This document shows, piece after piece, positions 24,210 through 35,037 of a DNA stretch of 64,000 nucleotides. The notes beneath the pieces are model-generated. The model ran no database searches, was not told the origin of the DNA, and saw only the letters and a list, made by a program, of their open reading frames with translations. The position numbers and the translations under genes were made by a program. Positions within the stretch are counted from its first letter, which is position 1. Every line of letters begins with the position of its first letter. The stretch comes from Steroidobacteraceae bacterium (GTDB lineage: Bacteria > Pseudomonadota > Gammaproteobacteria > Steroidobacterales > Steroidobacteraceae). The DNA is taken from NCBI GenBank assembly GCA_036494165.1, contig DASXOQ010000084.1, positions 40,859 to 104,858 of the forward strand. Direction: 5' to 3'.

Positions 24210-26117
24210 GTGGGACGGAAGACTAACAGCCTCAAGCCGCTGCTGTTGGGTGCATTTCTCTGCGCCCTGCCATGGACGTCGCAGGGCGCAAAGTTCGTCA
24301 AGCCCGACCCCAACGGGCTCGCTCCGCACGAGGTTCAGGATCTCGCGTACGGAGATGTGCTCTTCTATTTCTTCGAAGACGACTACTTCGACTCTATCAC
24401 GCGCCTGCTCGCTGCGCAGGAGCTGAAGCGCGTTCCCCATACCGAGGAGGAAGCCGAACTGCTGCTCGGCGGGTTGTACCTATCCTTGGGGGAACACATC
24501 GAGGCGGGACGCATTTTCCAGGAGCTCTTGAATAAGAGCACGACCCAGGCGGTGCGCAACCGCGCCTGGTTCTATCTCGGCAAGGTCTGGTATCAGCGCG
24601 ACTACTTCGACGAGGCCACAAAGGCGCTGCACGAGGTTTCCGACAAGATCGATCCGCGCATCAACGCAGAACGCTACATGCTGCTTGCGCAGATCGACAT
24701 GAAGCAGGGCCGCTATGACGATGCCATCGCGGCCTTGAGCAACTGGCATGGCGCGCCCGATTGGACCGCCTATGCGCAGTTCAATCTAGGCGTCGCGCTG
24801 GTGCGCAAGAACCGGCTGCCGGAAGCCATCACGTATCTGGACCGCGTCGGCCAGATCACCACCAACAGCGAAGAGCTGATGGCCCTTCGTGACAAGGCGA
24901 ATCTTGCGCTCGGCTTCGCCCTGCTGCAGGCGCAGCGCTCTGCCGAGGCACGCCCAATACTCGAGCGGGTGCGCCTCGAGGGACCTTACTCGAGCAAGGC
25001 CCTGCTCGGCGTCGGCTGGGCGTCCGCGGGGCAAGGCGAGTTCAAGCGCGCCCTGGTGCCGTGGCTGGCGCTGCGCAAGCGCAGTCTGCTCGATTCCGCG
25101 GTGCAGGAATCGTTCCTCACGGTGCCCTATGCGTATCTGCAATTGAACGCGACCGGGCAGGCGGCGGAGTACTACAACTCGGCCATCGAATCTTTCGATG
25201 CCGAAATGAAGAACATCGATGACTCCATCGAACAGATCAAGGAGGGCAAGCTCCTCGATCGGCTGCTGAACGACGACAAGAAGGACGCGCTCACCTGGGT
25301 GTGGCAACTGCAGAAGCTGCCGGATGCGCCGGAGTCGCGCTACCTGTATCAGCTGCTCGCCAGCAACGAGTTCCAGGAGGGGCTGAAGAATTACCGCGAA
25401 CTCAATTTCATGAGCCGCAATTTGAACGAACTTCGCGAAAGCGTGTCGGCCTACGATGACATGATCGACACGCGCCAGGAGAAGTATCGCCAGCGCGTGC
25501 CGAAGGCGGATGCGGCGCTGGCTGCCACCGATCTTGACGCCCTCAACCAGAAGCGCGTCGATTTCGAGTCGCGCATCAACGAAATCGAAAAGAACAACGA
25601 CGTGGCGACATTGGGCACGCCGGACGAACAGGCCACCTGGGCGCGCCTCAAGAAGATCGAGGATTTCCTGAACGCGCACCCGGACGATCCGGACCTAGCC
25701 GACATGCGCGAACGGCTGCGGCTGCTCAAGGGCGTCATGTACTGGCGCTTGTCGGAGAGCTTCAAGGCGCGCCTGTGGAACGAGCGGCGCGCGGTGCACG
25801 AGCTCGAGGCCAACATCAAAGAGACGCAGAAGCAGTCGGTGCTGGTGCGCCAGGCGCGCAATACGGTGCCGGCCACTAGCGGCGGATTCAGCGAGAAGAT
25901 CGCCGCGATCCGCGAGCGCATCGACAAGCTTTTGGAAAGGCTCGCCGCGACCTCGGAGAAGCAGAATCGCTACCTGCAGGTGCTCGCCATACGCGAGCTC
26001 AAGGGCCAGCGCGAGCGAATCGAGACTTATCAGATTCAGGCGCGCTACGAGCTGGCCGCCATCTACGACCGCGCTTCGGATCAGGCCGATAAGCCCAAGC
26101 CGAAGGTGAACCCGTGA
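24210..26117 (+). CDS. Secreted TPR protein with long C-terminal coiled coil
   Basis: GTG start 3 nt after the upstream stop. Signal peptide, an N-terminal TPR-like half, and a coiled-coil-like C-terminal ~300 aa (heptad-rich, E/K/R/L). Confidence 0.75.
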   Translation: MGRKTNSLKPLLLGAFLCALPWTSQGAKFVKPDPNGLAPHEVQDLAYGDVLFYFFEDDYFDSITRLLAAQELKRVPHTEEEAELLLGGLYLSLGEHIEAGRIFQELLNKSTTQAVRNRAWFYLGKVWYQRDYFDEATKALHEVSDKIDPRINAERYMLLAQIDMKQGRYDDAIAALSNWHGAPDWTAYAQFNLGVALVRKNRLPEAITYLDRVGQITTNSEELMALRDKANLALGFALLQAQRSAEARPILERVRLEGPYSSKALLGVGWASAGQGEFKRALVPWLALRKRSLLDSAVQESFLTVPYAYLQLNATGQAAEYYNSAIESFDAEMKNIDDSIEQIKEGKLLDRLLNDDKKDALTWVWQLQKLPDAPESRYLYQLLASNEFQEGLKNYRELNFMSRNLNELRESVSAYDDMIDTRQEKYRQRVPKADAALAATDLDALNQKRVDFESRINEIEKNNDVATLGTPDEQATWARLKKIEDFLNAHPDDPDLADMRERLRLLKGVMYWRLSESFKARLWNERRAVHELEANIKETQKQSVLVRQARNTVPATSGGFSEKIAAIRERIDKLLERLAATSEKQNRYLQVLAIRELKGQRERIETYQIQARYELAAIYDRASDQADKPKPKVNP

Positions 26118-28918
26118 AGCGGCCGCTTCTCGCATCTTTGCTCCTCCTTCCACTGCTTGCGGCCGCCGCGCCGCAGAAGCAGCCGGCCACCATCAAGGAT
26201 CTCGAGAATCAGCAGCCGGCCGACGTCAGCACGGATCCGCCGAAGAACGTCGATGCGGAAAAGACCATGCAGAGCTACAAGCGCTTCCTGGACCTGAACG
26301 CCGGCGATGCTTCGCTGCGCGCCGAAGCCCTGAGGCGCCTGGGCGATCTCAACCTCGAGAGCGGCGAGAAGGAGCGCATCGAGAGAGAGCTCGCCACCAA
26401 CGAGGGACTGCGCGCCAACGAGGCGATCACGCTGTACTCGAAGCTGCTGCAGGCCTATCCGAAATATGAGCGCAACGATTCGGTGCTATACCAGCTCGCA
26501 CGCGCCTATGAACTCAACGCACAGCCTGAAAAAGCCCTCGCCTCGCTCGACCAGCTTGTGGCGCAATACCCGATCAGCCGTTACATCGACGAGGCGCAGT
26601 TTCGCCGCGGCGAAATCCTGTTCTCGCAGAAGGACTACCTCAAGTCGCAGACGGCTTACGAAGCGGTCATCAAGTCAGGCTCGAATTCGCCGTTCTACAA
26701 CCAGAGCCTCTACAAGCACGGCTGGTCGTTGTTCAAGCAGGGCGAGAACGAGAAGAGCCTCGATTCTTTCCAGAGCGTGCTTGACTCGGTGCTCATTTCC
26801 AAGCGCGACCCGAGCAAGATGGTGGACTTGGATTCCTTGAGCCGCCCCAGTCGCGAGCTCGTTGAGGACACCTTCCGGGTGATGTCCATCACCTTCTCTT
26901 ATCTCGAAGGCCCGAAATCGGTGGCCGACTTTGTCAAGCACCACAAGCAGCGCCCCTACTCCTACCTGCTGTACGCGCGCCTCGGCGACTTATACATGGA
27001 GAAGGAACGCTATACGGATGCGGCCGACGCCTACCGCGCGTTCGTGACGCTGGATCGCAACAACGAGAACGCCCCGCTGCTCGAAACGCAGGCGATCGAA
27101 GCCTATGCCAAGGGCGGCTTTCCGCAGCTGGTGCTGCAAGGGAAGAAGGAGTTCGTCGAGAACTACAGCTTCGGCACACCTTACTGGAACGGTCGCGAGC
27201 CGAAGGGCGAGCCTAAGGTCGTGGCGGTGCTCAAGACCAATCTGAAGGATGTGGCGCAGTACTATCACGCGACCGCACAGAAGACCAAGGACGTGGCGGA
27301 TTACCAGGAGGCGGCCAAGTGGTACCGCAGCTACCTGCACTCCTTCCCGGACGACAAGGATTCGGCGGTAACCAACTACCTGCTGGCCGACACGCTGTTC
27401 GAGAGCAAACAGTACGCAGAGGCAGCGCAAGAATACGAAAACACGGCCTACCACTACGGCAATAGCGATAAGGCGGCTGCCGCAGGCTATGCCGCGCTGG
27501 TCGCCTACAGCAAGCAGGAAGAGACCTTGAGCGGCGATGCCAAGGCGCAATTGCATGCCAAGAGCATGGACAGCGCGTTGAAATTCGCGCAGAGCTTCCC
27601 CGCCCATCCCGAGACGCCGCAGGTTCTGACGCGTGCGACCACCGAGCTGTACGCTGCAAAGGACTATTCGCGCGCCATGGGGGCCGCCGAGGCGCTGCTC
27701 GCGAGGCAGCCGCCGGTCGAACCTGACAAGCAGCGCATCGCCTGGACGGTGATCGGCAATTCCAATTTCGACCAGGGTGTGTTCGACAAGGCGGAGAACG
27801 CCTACACCCACGCGCAGGCAGTGATGCCGGCCAACGATCCGGAACGCCCGGTGATCGTCGAACGTCTCGCGGCCTCCATCTACAAGCAGGGTGAGCAGAA
27901 GAGCAAGGCGGGCGACAGCGATGCCGCGGTGAACGACTTCCTGCGAGTCGCGACCCTCGCGCCTGGCTCAAAAGTGCGCGCCAATGCCGACTTCGATGCC
28001 GCGATGCTGCTGGTGAAGGAAAAGAAATGGGATCGGGCCATCGGCGTTTTGGAGAGCTTCCGCAAGAATTTCCCGCAAAGCCCGCTGCAGGCCGATGTCA
28101 CCCGCAATCTTGCGGTGGCCTATTCGGAATCGGGCCGCCCCGGCGAGGCGGCCGGAGAGTTCGAATTGATTGCGGCCTCGCCCAAGGAAACCCCGGAAGT
28201 GCAGCGCGAGGCCACCCTGTCGGCTGCAGACCTGTACGACAAAGCGGGCAATACCGCCAAGTCCAAGACCATGCTCGAAGCGTTCGTGAAGCACTTCCCG
28301 CAACCCTTGAATCCTGCGATGGAAGCGCGCGATCGGCTGAGCAAAATCGCCGCAAAGCAGGGTGACCTGGGCGCGCGTGATACCTGGTTGCGCGACATCA
28401 TCTCCGCCGATCGCACCGCCGGCGCGCAGCGCACCGACCGCAGCCGGAGCCTTGCCGCCCACGCGACGCTCACCCTGGCTGCGCCTGTCCGCGAGGAATT
28501 CAACCGCATCAAACTGGTCATACCGCTGAAGAAATCGCTGGCGGAGAAACGCAAGGCGATGGAGGCCGCGCTCAAGGCCTATGAAGGTGCGGCCGACTAC
28601 CAGGTGGCCGACGTCACTACCGCGGCGACCTTCGAAAGCGCAGAACTCTATCGTCAGCTGGCCAAGGATTTGATCGCCTCGGAGCGGCCGAAGAATCTGA
28701 AGAAGGACGAGTTGGAGCAGTACGACGTGCTGCTCGAAGAGCAGGCATTCCCGTTTGAGGAGAAGGCCATCAAGCTGCACGAGGTGAATACCGCGCGGGT
28801 GAAAGACGGGACGTACGACGAATGGGTGCAGAAGAGCTTTGCGGCGCTCGCTCAGCTCAACCCGGGACGCTATGCGAAGGTGGAAATCGGTGAGCAACAA
28901 GTCGAATCAATCCGCTAG
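26114..28918 (+). CDS. Large secreted TPR-repeat protein (GltD/AgmU-like?)
   Basis: GTGA start/stop overlap with the upstream gene. Signal peptide MKRPLLASLLLLPLLAAAAP. TPR-like repeats run through all 934 aa. Confidence 0.8.
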   Translation: MKRPLLASLLLLPLLAAAAPQKQPATIKDLENQQPADVSTDPPKNVDAEKTMQSYKRFLDLNAGDASLRAEALRRLGDLNLESGEKERIERELATNEGLRANEAITLYSKLLQAYPKYERNDSVLYQLARAYELNAQPEKALASLDQLVAQYPISRYIDEAQFRRGEILFSQKDYLKSQTAYEAVIKSGSNSPFYNQSLYKHGWSLFKQGENEKSLDSFQSVLDSVLISKRDPSKMVDLDSLSRPSRELVEDTFRVMSITFSYLEGPKSVADFVKHHKQRPYSYLLYARLGDLYMEKERYTDAADAYRAFVTLDRNNENAPLLETQAIEAYAKGGFPQLVLQGKKEFVENYSFGTPYWNGREPKGEPKVVAVLKTNLKDVAQYYHATAQKTKDVADYQEAAKWYRSYLHSFPDDKDSAVTNYLLADTLFESKQYAEAAQEYENTAYHYGNSDKAAAAGYAALVAYSKQEETLSGDAKAQLHAKSMDSALKFAQSFPAHPETPQVLTRATTELYAAKDYSRAMGAAEALLARQPPVEPDKQRIAWTVIGNSNFDQGVFDKAENAYTHAQAVMPANDPERPVIVERLAASIYKQGEQKSKAGDSDAAVNDFLRVATLAPGSKVRANADFDAAMLLVKEKKWDRAIGVLESFRKNFPQSPLQADVTRNLAVAYSESGRPGEAAGEFELIAASPKETPEVQREATLSAADLYDKAGNTAKSKTMLEAFVKHFPQPLNPAMEARDRLSKIAAKQGDLGARDTWLRDIISADRTAGAQRTDRSRSLAAHATLTLAAPVREEFNRIKLVIPLKKSLAEKRKAMEAALKAYEGAADYQVADVTTAATFESAELYRQLAKDLIASERPKNLKKDELEQYDVLLEEQAFPFEEKAIKLHEVNTARVKDGTYDEWVQKSFAALAQLNPGRYAKVEIGEQQVESIR

Positions 28919-29615
28919 CGCGCTTGTAAGCGCGGCGCTGCTGGCCCTTCTGGCCGGCTGCGCAAGTGCGCCGCCCAAGGCAAAGCCCGCCCCGGCAGCG
29001 CCAGAATCGCAGCCGGTGCCGACCTCGACCAATGCACCGGCCGCGGCCACCGCAGCGCCTGCAGCCGGCGCTGCCGCCGGCATACCGGCGACAGCGGCAG
29101 CGCCGCAGCTGCCGGTGCCGGATCGCGCGGCGCAGCAGTACAGCCAGGCCCTCCAAATGATGAAGGCTGGACGTAAGACCGACGCGGAGTTGGAATTCAA
29201 ACAGCTGGCGGTGACTTATCCGCAGTTTGCAGGTCCTCAGTTGAATCTGGGGCTGCTGTACTTGAACGATGCGCGCCTGGCCGACGCGGAGGGCGCCTTC
29301 AAGACGGCGCTCTCCATCAATCCTGCCAACCCGGTGGCAGGCGACGAGCTCGGCATCGTTGAGCGGCGACTCGGCAAGTTTGCGGACGCGGAAGCCGCGT
29401 ATCAGCGCGCCATCGAAGCGGACGGCAATTACGCCCCCGCGCACCTGAATCTCGGCGTGCTTTACGATTTATATTTGCTTGAACCGCAAAAGGCGCTCGA
29501 ACAGTTCGAGCGATACATCGAAATCGCCGGCGAGAACAAGCAGGTCGCCGGTTGGGTTATCGAACTTAAGAAGCGAGTCGGTGCCCCGGCCGCGAAAAAG
29601 GAGCAACCCGCATGA
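28890..29615 (+). CDS. TPR lipoprotein
   Basis: Lipobox LLAGC, an Ala/Pro linker, then three to four TPR repeats (QLNLGLLYLNDARLADAEGAFKTALSINP...). Start is GTG 28890 (AAGGTGG RBS) or ATG 28872; both overlap the end of the upstream gene. Confidence 0.75.
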   Translation: MSNKSNQSASALVSAALLALLAGCASAPPKAKPAPAAPESQPVPTSTNAPAAATAAPAAGAAAGIPATAAAPQLPVPDRAAQQYSQALQMMKAGRKTDAELEFKQLAVTYPQFAGPQLNLGLLYLNDARLADAEGAFKTALSINPANPVAGDELGIVERRLGKFADAEAAYQRAIEADGNYAPAHLNLGVLYDLYLLEPQKALEQFERYIEIAGENKQVAGWVIELKKRVGAPAAKKEQPA

Positions 29616-30130
29616 CCTCCACCAAATTCGCGCTCCTCGGTGTTGTATGCTGCACCGCAGCGATCGCCTATGCTCAAGATCCCCCGGCGACCCCGCCCAA
29701 GGATAGCGCTCAAGCGGAGGCCGGAGAGCCTCGGGCGGACACCTCCGCCCGGCCCAGCCCTCAGGCCGAGGCGGGCGAGCCACGAGCCAATACCTCATCG
29801 GCTGCCCCGGCGCAGGCCAAACCCACTCCGCCACCGCCCAAGGCTGCCGCCAAACCCGGCCAAAAGCCCTCCAATGCGGCCGATCACGTCGAATTGTCGA
29901 CCGCGACCGTTACTGGCGACCGCGAGCAGCCCAAGGTCATGTACATCGTGCCCTGGAAGAGGTCGGATATTGGCGATCTCGAGGGTAAGCCTATGAATAG
30001 CTTGGTGGATGAGGTCTTATCCCCGGTCGACCGGGACGTATTCAAGCGCGAAGTGCGCTATTACGACGCCGTGAAATCCGATGCCCCTTCGCCCAGCGGG
30101 GCGGTGCCGCCCAAGCAGGGTGAGAAGTAA
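29612..30130 (+). CDS. Small secreted protein with tandem QAEAGEPRA(D/N)TS repeat and structured C-terminal domain
   Basis: ATGA overlap with the upstream gene and a strong AAGGAG RBS. Signal peptide, then the C-terminal block TGDREQPKVMYIVPWKRSDIGDL. Confidence 0.7.
   Translation: MTSTKFALLGVVCCTAAIAYAQDPPATPPKDSAQAEAGEPRADTSARPSPQAEAGEPRANTSSAAPAQAKPTPPPPKAAAKPGQKPSNAADHVELSTATVTGDREQPKVMYIVPWKRSDIGDLEGKPMNSLVDEVLSPVDRDVFKREVRYYDAVKSDAPSPSGAVPPKQGEK
29711..29796 (+). repeat. Imperfect 51-bp-period direct repeat inside the CDS (two QAEAGEPRA(D/N)TS units)
   Basis: caagcggaggccggagagcctcgggcggacacctc (29711-45) versus caggccgaggcgggcgagccacgagccaatacctc (29762-96). Confidence 0.6.
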
Positions 30131-30203
30131 GTCATAGCCTATTTTACGGAATCTGTTGAAATCTTAATGATGCAAAGCACGAGTTTTTTCTAGGAGCGCG
30201 CAG

Positions 30204-30902
30204 ATGAATTTCATGACGTCCGTGGTTAACTTCTTCAAGGACGGCGGGGTATTTCTCTACCCGCTGGCTTTGATCTTCGTCGTCGGCGTCGCGATCGCCA
30301 TTGAGCGATACGTGTACCTGACGCGCGAAACCATCAGGAACCGCAGCCTGTGGGAATCGCTGGTCCCGGCATTGAGCTCGGGCAACTTCAAGCAGGTCGT
30401 GGGGCTCACGCAGAACTCCAAGGCCTCCATCGCCACCATCCTGAACTACGGCGTCGCTCGGGTCGCGAGCGCTCGGCGCCGCGACGACATCGAGAAGGCG
30501 ATGGACGAGAGCCTGCTCGAGGTCATTCCGCGCATTGAGAAGCGCACCCACTATCTGTCCTCGCTCGCCAACGTGGGCTTGCTCATCGGCCTGCTCGGCA
30601 CCATCACCGGCCTCATCGGCGCGTTCAGCGCGGTTGCGACCGCGAATCCCGCAGAGAAGGCGAGCCTGCTCGCCGCAGCCATTTCAGTCGCGATGAACAA
30701 CACCGCCTCGGGCCTGGCGGTCGCCATCACGCTGCTTCTCTCGCACATGTTCCTCGAGTCGAAGACCACTTCGCTGATCGACAGCCTGGAGATCGCGTCC
30801 GTGAAGTTCTTGAACTCGATCACCGAGCGCAACGAAGCGGCGCCCGCCGCGCCGGCTGCGCCCACGGTGCGTGCCCCAGCGGCGGCCCGCGGCACCATCT
30901 AA
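30204..30902 (+). CDS. MotA/TolQ/ExbB-family proton channel (AglR-like)
   Basis: GGAG RBS. Three TM helices and the conserved C-terminal block LANVGLLIGLLGTITGLIGAF...AISVAMNNTASGLAVAI. Confidence 0.9.
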   Translation: MNFMTSVVNFFKDGGVFLYPLALIFVVGVAIAIERYVYLTRETIRNRSLWESLVPALSSGNFKQVVGLTQNSKASIATILNYGVARVASARRRDDIEKAMDESLLEVIPRIEKRTHYLSSLANVGLLIGLLGTITGLIGAFSAVATANPAEKASLLAAAISVAMNNTASGLAVAITLLLSHMFLESKTTSLIDSLEIASVKFLNSITERNEAAPAAPAAPTVRAPAAARGTI

Positions 30903-30929
30903 AGCAAAGAACGCAAAGACAGCCAACGC

Positions 30930-31436
30930 ATGAAGTCGAAATCACAACGGATGGTCCATCGCAATCACGCCCGTTATCACACGGGCCGTGACGATCTGAA
31001 CATCGTGCCGATGATCGACATGATGGTGATTCTGGTGTTCTTCCTGATCTTCACCGCGGTGTTCTCCAAGACCAATATCCTGCAGCTCAATCTTCCGGCG
31101 AGCGCGACCGCTCCCGTGGACTTGCCGAAGACTTTGCAGCTGGAAGTGATCATCCGTGCGGATGACCTGGTGGTGAACGACAAGAATTCGGGTCCGCTGA
31201 AGGACCTCCCCAACATCGCCACCGGTTACGATCTCGATCACCTGTCGGAGTTCATGCGGCAGATCAAATCGCAGTTTCCGACGATGACCAATGCCACCGT
31301 CTTGCCGTCCGCCAACATCCCGTACGACACGATCGTGCAGGTCATGGACACGGTGCGGGTGTATGAATTGCCGACGCCGCCTTTTTCCAAGGCGGAGCTC
31401 TTCCCTGACATCTCTTTGGGGGATGCGCCCATATGA
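30930..31436 (+). CDS. ExbD/TolR-family protein 1
   Basis: LNIVPMIDMMVILVFFLIF is the single TM helix carrying the conserved Asp; a periplasmic domain follows. Confidence 0.9.
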   Translation: MKSKSQRMVHRNHARYHTGRDDLNIVPMIDMMVILVFFLIFTAVFSKTNILQLNLPASATAPVDLPKTLQLEVIIRADDLVVNDKNSGPLKDLPNIATGYDLDHLSEFMRQIKSQFPTMTNATVLPSANIPYDTIVQVMDTVRVYELPTPPFSKAELFPDISLGDAPI

Positions 31437-31927
31437 CCCCGACCCGCATCAAGCGCCATCGGCAGCGCAAGCACGGCGGCAGCCATTTCGCGCTGGTGCC
31501 TTTCATCGACATGATGACGATCCTGGTGGTGTTCCTTCTGGCGCACACCGCCGATGTGGACATCCTGCCGAACACCAAGAACATCTCCATTCCGCAATCC
31601 CTTTCCGACCGCAAGCCCGATGCGGCCATCGTGGTGATGGTCACCAAGGATCAATTGTTCGTCGACGGGCAGTTGGTGGGCAACCTCAGCGACGTCGTCG
31701 CCGATCAGGGTACGTATTTCGAACCATTGAAGGCGGCCTTGGTTGCGCAGAACCAGCGCCTGCTGGGGCAGCAGGCGCAGAGCGATGCGTCCAAGCGCGA
31801 AGTCACCATCATGGGCGACAAGAGCACGCCCTACAGCGTGCTCAAGAAGATCATGATGAGCTGCGCCCAGGCCGACTACGGCAAGGTCTCATTCGCGGTG
31901 GTGGAACGCGAAAGGGCGGCGAGCTGA
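31433..31927 (+). CDS. ExbD/TolR-family protein 2
   Basis: ATGA overlap with the upstream gene. FALVPFIDMMTILVVFLL is the TM helix with the conserved Asp. Confidence 0.9.
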   Translation: MTPTRIKRHRQRKHGGSHFALVPFIDMMTILVVFLLAHTADVDILPNTKNISIPQSLSDRKPDAAIVVMVTKDQLFVDGQLVGNLSDVVADQGTYFEPLKAALVAQNQRLLGQQAQSDASKREVTIMGDKSTPYSVLKKIMMSCAQADYGKVSFAVVERERAAS

Positions 31928-31928
31928 C

Positions 31929-32848
<920 letters not shown>

Positions 32849-32852
<4 letters not shown>

Positions 32853-33199
32853 ACGTCCAATCTGAAATCGAGTTCTTCAGCGATCTCGGCTTGGTCGACA
32901 AGGCGCGTTTCGTCACGCGCCTGATCTGCGAGATCTGCGATGAGGCGAAGGTTGGCGCGGGCGACGGCAATGAGGCGGCGCGCTGGCGCTTTGCCAACGA
33001 GATGGCCGCGCGCCTGGCGCGCTTCAGCTACCAGATATTGAGCGAGGATCACGGCCGTCCGCAGGACGATGTGGTGATTCGCATGCTGTTGGGGGCCCGC
33101 AGCGACAAGAATGCCGAGCGCATCATGCACAACGCCTACCGGCGCGTGCTCAACGGCTTTGAGAGCTTCGATACCACCGTTCTGATGAACCCGCGCTAG
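32849..33199 (+). CDS. Small cytoplasmic hypothetical protein, last gene of the operon
   Basis: ATGA overlap with the TonB-like gene. 116 aa, no signal peptide or TM helix, no family recognised. Confidence 0.55.
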
Positions 33200-35004
33200 G
33201 AACCCGCCACGCTGCGCCGGGGCTTGACGGGCATAGCGTCGCTGTCGAGATCAGTTTCGAACAATTGCTGCAGTTGCTCGGCGGATTCGCGCGAGGTCTG
33301 CAGAAACTTGTTCTCGTCATCCTTCACCGAATACTGCTTTGCCAGCGTCTCCTCGTCGTGAGTGCGAAAGCGCCGCACCGCCTCCACGGCTCGCGCCTTC
33401 GACTGTCCGAGGCTTTCCAGCACCTGCACCGACATCTCGAGACTCGAGACATAGGTCTCGCGGATGATGTAGCGCACCTCGAGATCCAAGAGTCTGAAGG
33501 CATGCTGGCGATTGCGCGCGCGGGCGAAGATCTTGAGGTGCGGAAAGTGCTTGCGCACCAATTCTGCGGTGCGCACCGAAGCCTCGACGTCGTCGACGGC
33601 CAGCACCAGCACCTCGGCGTTCTCGGCGTGCGCCGCGCGCAGCAGCTCCAGGCGCGAGGCGTCGCCGTAGAACACCTGATTGCCGAAGCGGCGCAAAAAA
33701 TCCACCTGCGTTTGGCTCGCCTCCAGCGCCGTGAAGGCTATCTTCTTGGCGCGCAGAATGCGCCCGACGATCTGCCCGAAACGGCCGAAGCCGGCAATGA
33801 TCACTTTGGGGTACAGTTCCTGCGGCGTGTCGAAGGGGCGGGTCTCGGCTTCGCGCGGCTTGAAGGTCAGCTCGTAGAGCGCGAGCAGCATGGGGCTCAA
33901 GATCATCGAAGCGGTAACCGCGAGCACCAAAAGCTCCGAGGTCTCCGGATCCATGATGCCGAGCGTTGCGGCCAGTCCGAACAGCACGAATGCGAATTCA
34001 CCGCCGGAAGGCAGGCTGATGGCAAGCCCGCGGCTCGCCGTGGAGGACAGTCCCGACATACGGCCGATCGCCCAGAGCACGGTCACCTTGATCGCCATGA
34101 ATCCCACCGTGATGGCAAGCAGCTGCAGCGGCCGCTGATACACCAGCGAGAGATTGGCCGACATGCCGACGGTGATGAAAAACAGCCCCAGCAGCAGCCC
34201 CTTGAAAGGCTCTATGTCGGCTTCCAGTTCGTGACGATACTCGCTGTCGGCGAGCAGCACGCCCGCAAGGAAAGCGCCGAGCGACAGCGAAAGCCCCACC
34301 TGGCTGACCAGCAACGCGGTGCCGAGTACGATCAGCAGGCCCGCGGCGGTGAAGGCTTCCGCCACCTGCGTCGCGGCGACGATTCGGAGCATGGGTCGCA
34401 GCACGTAGCGTCCGCCGACGATCACCGCCGCGAGCACGCCGATCAGCTTCGCCACCAGCAGATATCCGCCCGGCCCATGGGACCTCTCCGCCGCGGCGCC
34501 GAGCAGCGGCAACAGCGCCAGGGCGGGCAATACCGATACATCTTGGAACAGCAGAATGCTGAACGCCGAGCGCCCGAACTGCGAATTCAACTGTCCGCGC
34601 TCCGCTAGAAGCTGCAACGCGAGCGCGGTGGACGACATCGACAGGCCGAATCCGATGACCAGGGCCGATTGCCAGGTGGGACCAATGCTAAAATACGCGG
34701 CGACACCGATGCACAAGCTCGTGAGGAGCACCTGGGCGCTGCCCAGACCGAAAATGGGCTTGCGCATGACCCAGAGCCGGGAGGGTTGCAGCTCCAGTCC
34801 GATCACGAACATGAGCAGGACGATGCCGAATTCGGCGATGTGCTGTGTCGTGTCGATGGTATCGATGAGACCCAGGACCGAAGGCCCGATAATGATGCCG
34901 GCGGTGAGATAGCCCAATACCGAGCCTAACTTGAAGCGTCGAAAAATAGGAATGGCAATGACCGCTGCGGCGAGGAAGATAGCGATCTGCGCCAACAAGC
35001 TCAT
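33196..35004 (-). CDS. CPA2-family K+ efflux/antiporter (KefB/KefC-like) with C-terminal RCK/KTN domain
   Basis: The ATG at 35004 follows a GGAGAA RBS. MSLLAQIAIFLAAAVIAIPIFRRFKLGSVLGYLTAGIIIGP leads into about 12 TM helices. KTN motif VIIAGFGRFGQIVGRIL. The track ORF extends to 36477 only as antisense of ppc. Confidence 0.9.
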   Translation of the reverse strand: MSLLAQIAIFLAAAVIAIPIFRRFKLGSVLGYLTAGIIIGPSVLGLIDTIDTTQHIAEFGIVLLMFVIGLELQPSRLWVMRKPIFGLGSAQVLLTSLCIGVAAYFSIGPTWQSALVIGFGLSMSSTALALQLLAERGQLNSQFGRSAFSILLFQDVSVLPALALLPLLGAAAERSHGPGGYLLVAKLIGVLAAVIVGGRYVLRPMLRIVAATQVAEAFTAAGLLIVLGTALLVSQVGLSLSLGAFLAGVLLADSEYRHELEADIEPFKGLLLGLFFITVGMSANLSLVYQRPLQLLAITVGFMAIKVTVLWAIGRMSGLSSTASRGLAISLPSGGEFAFVLFGLAATLGIMDPETSELLVLAVTASMILSPMLLALYELTFKPREAETRPFDTPQELYPKVIIAGFGRFGQIVGRILRAKKIAFTALEASQTQVDFLRRFGNQVFYGDASRLELLRAAHAENAEVLVLAVDDVEASVRTAELVRKHFPHLKIFARARNRQHAFRLLDLEVRYIIRETYVSSLEMSVQVLESLGQSKARAVEAVRRFRTHDEETLAKQYSVKDDENKFLQTSRESAEQLQQLFETDLDSDAMPVKPRRSVAGS

Positions 35005-35037
35005 AATGTTTTCTCCGTGGACAGCTGAGAGCCTAGC

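Noticed and set aside
23502-25679. 312-aa and 297-aa minus-strand ORFs (23502..24440, 24786..25679)
   Set aside because: Antisense to operon genes that are linked by translational coupling. Arg/Gly-rich with no motifs.
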